Of a stretch of DNA of 64,000 bases, positions 58,880-64,000 are shown in pieces (position 1 is the first letter of the stretch; each line of letters begins with the position of its first letter). Source of the stretch: an uncultured delta proteobacterium (GTDB taxonomy: Bacteria > Myxococcota_A > UBA9160 > SMWR01); NCBI GenBank assembly GCA_963832165.1, contig CAWHTE010000004.1:96001-160000 (forward strand), given 5' to 3'. A program made the translations under genes and the position numbers. The notes under the pieces are model-generated. The model did not search any database. It worked only from the letters and a program-made list of their open reading frames with translations, and was not told the origin of the DNA.

Positions 58880-60040
58880 ATGTCGAGTGTTTCCGAGCGG
58901 ATCGTCGTCTTCGATACCACCTTGCGCGACGGAGAGCAGACCGCAGGGGTCTGCTTCAGCGCGGCGCAAAAGGTCGAGATCGCACAGGCGCTCGCGGCGA
59001 TGCACGTCGACGTGATCGAGGCCGGCTTCCCCGCGGCCTCGGCCGCGGAGCGCCGCGCCGTGAACCTCGTGGCGCGCGAGGTCCGTGGCGCGGCGGTCTG
59101 CGCGCTCGCGCGCGCGGTTCCGTTCGACATCGACGCCGCCGCCGAGGCGCTGCACGGCGCCGAGGCGCCGCGCATCCACACGTTCGTGAACTCGAGCGAC
59201 GTGCACCTCGCGCACCAGCTTCGGAAGGGCAGGGACGAGGTGCTCGGAATGGTCGAGTTCGCGGTGACGCGTGCGCGCAACGCGACAGACGACGTCGAGT
59301 TCAGCCCGATGGATGCGACGCGCGCCGACCCGGAGTTCCTCGTCGACGTGGTGCGCGTCGCGCTCGCAGCCGGCGCGCGCACGATCAACATCCCCGACAC
59401 GGTCGGCTACGCGCTTCCCGACCAGGTGTCGCGGCTGATCGCGCAGCTCTTCGATCGCGTTCCCGAGCTCGCCGAGGCAGTCGTCTCGTTCCACGGCCAA
59501 GACGACCTCGGGCTCGCCACGGCGAACGCGCTCGCGGCGATCCGCGCGGGCGCGCGCCAGGTGGAGCTCGCCGTGAACGGGATCGGCGAGCGCGCGGGCA
59601 ACACCGCGTTCGAAGAGGTGGTGATGGCGATCTCGGTGCACGGCGCCGCGCTCGGCGTCCACACGGGCGTGGATCCGCGCGGGATCTGCGCGCTCTCGGC
59701 GCTCGTCGAGGAGCACAGCGGCGTCGCGGTGCCGCGCAACAAGGCGGTGGTCGGCGCCAACGCGTTCCGCCATGCCTCGGGCATCCACCAGGACGGCGTG
59801 CTCAAGTGGCGCGAGAACTACGAGGTGCTCGACCCGGCTGCGATCGGCCACGCGCGCGGCAGCGAGATCGTGCTGGGCAAGCTCTCGGGTCGCGCGGGCT
59901 TCGTGGCGCGTGCGAGGCAGCTCGGGTTCTGCCTCTCGGATGCGGCGCTCGATTCCGCGTTCGAGCGCTTCCAGCGCCTCGCCGACGGCAAGCGGGTGGT
60001 GGAGGACGACGATCTTCGGGCGATCTGTGCGGCGGCGTGA
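58880..60040 (+). CDS. leuA: 2-isopropylmalate synthase, short form lacking the C-terminal regulatory domain
   Basis: DTTLRDGEQ, EAGFP, INIPDTVG, GIGERAGN, HASGIHQDG, GKLSGR; 386 aa; preceded by a Leu attenuator. Confidence 0.85.
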   Translation: MSSVSERIVVFDTTLRDGEQTAGVCFSAAQKVEIAQALAAMHVDVIEAGFPAASAAERRAVNLVAREVRGAAVCALARAVPFDIDAAAEALHGAEAPRIHTFVNSSDVHLAHQLRKGRDEVLGMVEFAVTRARNATDDVEFSPMDATRADPEFLVDVVRVALAAGARTINIPDTVGYALPDQVSRLIAQLFDRVPELAEAVVSFHGQDDLGLATANALAAIRAGARQVELAVNGIGERAGNTAFEEVVMAISVHGAALGVHTGVDPRGICALSALVEEHSGVAVPRNKAVVGANAFRHASGIHQDGVLKWRENYEVLDPAAIGHARGSEIVLGKLSGRAGFVARARQLGFCLSDAALDSAFERFQRLADGKRVVEDDDLRAICAAA

Positions 60041-60767
60041 GCGGCGCGCGCGGCGCCCGCTCCGAGGGCGGGCGCCGCAGCGCGGTGACCAACACGTGGC
60101 GGGCGGCGCGGTAGATCTCGGCCTGGTCGATCTTCGAGTCACCGAGCCGCCGGTCCTCGAAGACGATCGGAATCTCGCGGATGCGAAAGCCCGCGCGATG
60201 GACGCGCCAGACCATCTCCTCGAGAAACGAGTAGCCCGATGCGCGAACCGAGAACGGATCGATGGCCTCGAGCACGGCGCGGCCGTAGCAGCGGAAGCCC
60301 GCCGTGCAGTCGCGTACGGGCACACGCAAGAGCACGCGTGTGTAGAGATTGGCGAAGCGCGACAGCAGGCGGCGGCGGCGCGACCAGTTCGCGACGCCGC
60401 CTCCCGGCACATAACGCGAACCGATCACGAGGTCGGCCTCCGCCGAGACCTCGATCATGTGCGGTAGATAGCGGGGGTGATGGCTGTAGTCGCAGTCCAT
60501 CGTGAGCACGCGGTCGTAGCCGTGGTCGAGCCCATGGCGGAAGCCCGCGAGGTAGGCGGTGCCGAGCCCGAGCTTGCCCGCGCGGCGCAGCAGGTGCAGG
60601 CGCGGCTCGATCCGCTGCGCCGCCTCGACCAGATCCCCGGTGCCGTCGGGGCTGTTGTCGTCGACCACGAGCACGTCGAGGTCCGGATCCTGCGCCAGCA
60701 CGTCGGCGCTGAGCGGGAGCACGTTCTCCGCCTCGTTGTAGGTGGGCAGGACGACCAACGAGCGCAT
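59802..60767 (-). CDS. GT2 polyprenol-phosphate mannose synthase-like glycosyltransferase (3' end uncertain)
   Basis: LPTYNE, VVDDNSPDGT, GLGTAY, MDCDYSH, GSRY, GFRCY, EIPIVFEDR..SK; recognisable sequence ends near 60080 but the frame runs on into leuA. Confidence 0.88.
   Translation of the reverse strand: MRSLVVLPTYNEAENVLPLSADVLAQDPDLDVLVVDDNSPDGTGDLVEAAQRIEPRLHLLRRAGKLGLGTAYLAGFRHGLDHGYDRVLTMDCDYSHHPRYLPHMIEVSAEADLVIGSRYVPGGGVANWSRRRRLLSRFANLYTRVLLRVPVRDCTAGFRCYGRAVLEAIDPFSVRASGYSFLEEMVWRVHRAGFRIREIPIVFEDRRLGDSKIDQAEIYRAARHVLVTALRRPPSERAPRAPLTPPHRSPEDRRPPPPACRRRGAGSARTRNRAPHPRGRTRAASHAPRSPRDPRACPARSRCRARGRSQPGRAPRSSRAT
60050..60078. terminator. hairpin just after the leuA stop
   Basis: GCGGCGCCCGC pairs with GCGGGCGCCGC, 11-bp stem; no U-tract. 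Confidence 0.5.
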
Positions 60768-60831
60768 GAAGCGGCGCAAGATACCCGAATCGACGGCTCG
60801 CGGCCCCGCGCAAAGACCCGGCCAGGTCGGC

Positions 60832-61743
60832 TCAGCGAGCGCGTGCGATCGCGAACAGGCGGTTCTCGAGGCCGGTGAGTCGCGCCGCGGCGAACAGCGT
60901 TTCGAGCACGAGCCGCTCGGCGAGCGAGAGAGAGAGCCGGCGCAGCTCGGTGAGCTCCCGATCGAGGTGGACGAGATCGAGCGAGGCGCGCCCGAGCGCG
61001 TCGCGCAGCGTGTGCGGGCTGAAGTAGAGGAAGTGCTGCTCGATGTAGAACTTCTCGAGCGGTCGCGTGAGGCGGCCGCCCGATACGCGGTAGAGCAGGC
61101 CCGCGACCACGTCGAGGATGCTGCGCTGGTTCGGGGTGGAGATCCCGATCACGCCTCCGGGTGCGAGCACGTCGCGCGCGGCCGCGAGCAGATCGACCGG
61201 CGCTCGCGAGTGCTCGATGATGTCCCACATCGTGATGGCATCGAAGCGCAGTCCCTTCTCCGCCGCGAAATCGGTGAACTGACCGTCCCACACCTCGAGC
61301 CCGAAGTGGTCGCGCGCATGGGCGGTCGCGGCGCCGCAGTCGTCGACGCCGTAGGGCTGCCAGCCGCGCCGGCGTGCAACGGCGAGGAACAGGCCCGTGC
61401 CGCACCCGATGTCGAGCAGGCGCCCTGGCGGCCGCTCGCGCTCGACCGCGTCGAGCCAGCGCTCGTAGAGGCGGACCAGTGGGTTGTCCGGTGTATCGGT
61501 GTAGGTGAAGTCGTAGTAGGTCGCGAGCTCGGGCACCGAGCCTTCGCCCTCGGTGTACAGACGGTCGAACAGCTCGCGTACCTCGTCGTCGCTGATCTGC
61601 GGCCAGAGATACACGAGCGTGCACCGCGCACAATCGTAGATGCGGAAGCGCGTGATCACGTAGCGGAGCCGGCTCGCGGGCTCGCCGCACACCGGACAGC
61701 GCGCGTCGCGGTCCGGAACGCTCACGACGGTCGCGACCGCCAT
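60832..61743 (-). CDS. class I SAM-dependent methyltransferase with N-terminal CxxC..CxxC
   Basis: CPVC..CARC, LLDIGCGTG, FDAITMWDIIEH, LAPGG..STPN. Confidence 0.88.
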   Translation of the reverse strand: MAVATVVSVPDRDARCPVCGEPASRLRYVITRFRIYDCARCTLVYLWPQISDDEVRELFDRLYTEGEGSVPELATYYDFTYTDTPDNPLVRLYERWLDAVERERPPGRLLDIGCGTGLFLAVARRRGWQPYGVDDCGAATAHARDHFGLEVWDGQFTDFAAEKGLRFDAITMWDIIEHSRAPVDLLAAARDVLAPGGVIGISTPNQRSILDVVAGLLYRVSGGRLTRPLEKFYIEQHFLYFSPHTLRDALGRASLDLVHLDRELTELRRLSLSLAERLVLETLFAAARLTGLENRLFAIARAR

Positions 61744-62517
61744 CAGCGTGCTCCCCGGCACACCGCGAGCCAGTCGAGGCTCGTCGCGTCGTCGGCGCGC
61801 TCGATCGGGAAGTCGCGCCAGCTGGCGTTCGGGGTGCCCTCGGCGCGCGCACCCGCGCGGCGCACGAAGCGCGCGCCCTGCGCGAACAACCACTCGACCC
61901 ACGCGCGCGGCAGGCGATCGCGCAGCCGAAGCGGGTCGAGCCGCATCACGCGGCGGATCCGGCCGAGAGCGGGCCGCGAGATGACTGCGCACGGGCTCGC
62001 TCATTCCCACACCGAGCACCTCCACCTCCGCGAAATGGCGCGCGAGCACGTCGCGCAGCTCCGCGCAGAGATACTCGCGCACGTGATAGGGGTTTACTCC
62101 GTCCGACAGCCGTCGATTCGGAGTCGACAGGAGCGCGGTGCCGCCGTCGCGGAGCAGTTCGCCGATCGCGCGCAGGTACGGAGCCGGATCGGTCAGATGC
62201 TCGATCACCTGAAAGCTCACGACCGCGTCGAAGCGCCGCGCTCGCAGCGGCAGGGCCGCGATGTCGGCGCGGCAGTAGGACGCGCCCCCCACGCGGCTAC
62301 TCGGGTCCGGTGCCACGCGGTCGATCCCGAGCACGCGCGAGGCCGCGCTCGCGAGCAGCGCGGTGCCCGCGCCGCTGCCGCAGCCGAGGTCGAGCACGCG
62401 TGCGCCCGTGACCCGCTCGCGGGCAAACTCGTACGCCGCGCGGTGGCGGGCGAGGTCGAGCCCGAACAGCGAGAGATCCTCGTGGAGGCGCTCGCCCGTG
62501 AAGCGGGTCTCGCTCAC
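61743..62517 (-). CDS. class I SAM-dependent methyltransferase, +1 frame break at about 61963
   Basis: FTGER..RHRAAYEFA..VLDLGCGSG..SFQVIEH..STPN..NPYHVREY; C-terminus continues in ORF 61743-61949. Confidence 0.82.
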
Positions 62518-63452
62518 GTCTCTGCGATCCGCGCATCTTTGAGCGCCTCGCGCGTGAGCTCGCGCGCGAAGCAGATTCCCATCGCCGCGCGCAGCGTGAT
62601 GATCCCGAACGAGAGCACGAGGCTCATCGCGAGCAGCCGCTCGGCCGGTGCGACGTCGGCGAACAGATACACGAACGCGGCCTGGCTCGTGCCGAGTCCC
62701 GCGACCGCGATCGGCAGCGCGGCCACGAGCGCCACGAGCATGATCCCTCCGATCAGACGCGCGGGCGGCGCAGGAATCTCGAACGCCGCGAACGCGGAGG
62801 CGCAGCCCGCCACGAAGCAGGCGGAGAACAACACGCGCAGCGTGAGCAGCTCGACGAGCCGCGCGAGCGGAACGCGGCGCAGGCTCTCGAAGATCGAGAG
62901 CGCGCGCACGGGCTCGAGCACGCCCAACGGGGCGCTCGAGCGCAGCAGCGCGAGGCCGCCCGCGAAGGCCACGATCAGGAACGCGATGAGCCCCGTGCGC
63001 ATGCCGCGCGCGTCGACGCCGAGCACCGCGGCCGACCCGCTGGCCGCGGCGAGCACGACGATCAGATCGCTCGACGAGATCAACAGCACGAGCCCGAGCG
63101 CCTCGCCGAGCGGGAGACCCGTGCGCCGGCGCAGGAGCACCGCGAGCCCGCCGACGCCGAGCGTGTAGTGCACGAGGCCGGGCAGGTAGCTCGCGCACTT
63201 GATCCGGGCGGCCTCCCAGAGGCCGAAGCTCGCGGGCGGGCTCGCCACGAGCCGGTGGATCGACAGCGCCTCGATCCACAGCGTCACCGCGCAGAACGCG
63301 ACCAGTGAAGGGAAGAACACCGTGACCACGCGCAGGTTCAGCGCGTCCGCGAGCGAGGGGAGGTGGACGCCGCGCAGCAGCCACACCAGCACCCCCAGGC
63401 TCACCGCGATCGGGAGCAGCTGCGGCAGCCTGGCCCGCCATCTCGACATCAT
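62514..63452 (-). CDS. flippase-like membrane protein (lysylphosphatidylglycerol synthase TM/UPF0104 family)
   Basis: multiple TM helices; LPIAVAGLGT..AFV motif; inside a glycosylation cluster. Confidence 0.75.
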   Translation of the reverse strand: MMSRWRARLPQLLPIAVSLGVLVWLLRGVHLPSLADALNLRVVTVFFPSLVAFCAVTLWIEALSIHRLVASPPASFGLWEAARIKCASYLPGLVHYTLGVGGLAVLLRRRTGLPLGEALGLVLLISSSDLIVVLAAASGSAAVLGVDARGMRTGLIAFLIVAFAGGLALLRSSAPLGVLEPVRALSIFESLRRVPLARLVELLTLRVLFSACFVAGCASAFAAFEIPAPPARLIGGIMLVALVAALPIAVAGLGTSQAAFVYLFADVAPAERLLAMSLVLSFGIITLRAAMGICFARELTREALKDARIAET

Positions 63453-63485
63453 CGACGCGGAACGTACAAGCGCGGCGCGAGGGAA

Positions 63486-64000
63486 TCACGCACTCGACGC
63501 GGCGATCCGGGCCAGCGAGCGCCCCATCTCCGCTGCAGCGATGTCCCAGTCGAAGCGCTGCGACCACGCGAGCGCCGCACACGACATTCGCTCGGCGAGC
63601 GCGTCGTCCCCCAGCAGCGAGTCGATGCGCTGGGCGAATGCCGCTGCGCCGCCCTCGGCGACCAGGAAGCCCGTCTCGCCGTGCCGGACGGTGTCGCGCA
63701 GCCCGGGCGCATCGCTCGTGACGTTGGGCGTGCCGACCGCATTGGCCTCGATCACGGTGAGCCCGAAGCCCTCTTTGCGCGAGGCGCATACGCATACCCG
63801 CGATTCCGCGAGCCACGCGTCCCGCTCCGCGTCGGAGACGAAGCCCGCGAACTCGACCCGCTCGCGGACACCAAGCGTGGCCGCGAGGTGCTGGAGCCGG
63901 GGGCGAGCCGAGCCGCGGCCGAGCAGCACGAGCTTGACGTCGGGCCGGCGCATCGCGACGTAGGCGATCGCCTCCATCACGAGCTCGATGCGCTTGTAGG
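63486..64000 (-). CDS. GT4 family glycosyltransferase (3' part, truncated by window edge)
   Basis: VEFAGFV, SRKEGFGLTVIEANAVGTP, GETGFLV, FDW. Confidence 0.9.
   Translation of the reverse strand, partial: YKRIELVMEAIAYVAMRRPDVKLVLLGRGSARPRLQHLAATLGVRERVEFAGFVSDAERDAWLAESRVCVCASRKEGFGLTVIEANAVGTPNVTSDAPGLRDTVRHGETGFLVAEGGAAAFAQRIDSLLGDDALAERMSCAALAWSQRFDWDIAAAEMGRSLARIAASSA

Noticed and set aside
60832..63816. 994-aa ORF that looks like a double-methyltransferase fusion
   Set aside because: Artefact: the +1 break near 61963 joins two separate methyltransferases, and the N-terminal part is an off-frame read of the flippase and GT4 genes

Overview
High-GC bacterial chromosome segment. Gene content and order suggest a Myxococcota/'deltaproteobacterial'-type organism, but this is inference only. 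The first 30 kb is the core translation/transcription supercluster (rplA'-rplJ-rplL-rpoB-rpoC, then the str, S10, spc and alpha operons). Two things stand out in it: rplC (L3), rplX (L24) and rpsN (S14) are cleanly absent from their usual positions, and a lone Cys-rich TadG-like gene lies antisense between rpoC and rpsL. From 30 to 49 kb is one co-directional run: TlpA-like thioredoxin, FtsB-like, argS, SPOR protein, rfbD, UDP-GlcA decarboxylase-like, lepA, lepB, a PyrR-site-led pyrR-pyrB-pyrC-carA-carB operon, a thiolase-like gene and recG. From 49 to 64 kb is accessory: a GTAG-type REP doublet, a VWA protein, a HIT protein, a 15-repeat FG-GAP protein with a PEP-CTERM-like tail, a molybdopterin oxidoreductase, an amidase, a metallophosphoesterase, a short leuA behind a leucine attenuator, and a glycosyl/methyltransferase cluster. 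Five genes (rplD, tlpA-like, carB, FG-GAP, one methyltransferase) and the leucine leader each carry a single-base frame break. Most are probably consensus errors, although the rplD break sits on a prfB-like CUU-CGA-C context. No rRNA, tRNA, CRISPR array or transposase was seen.
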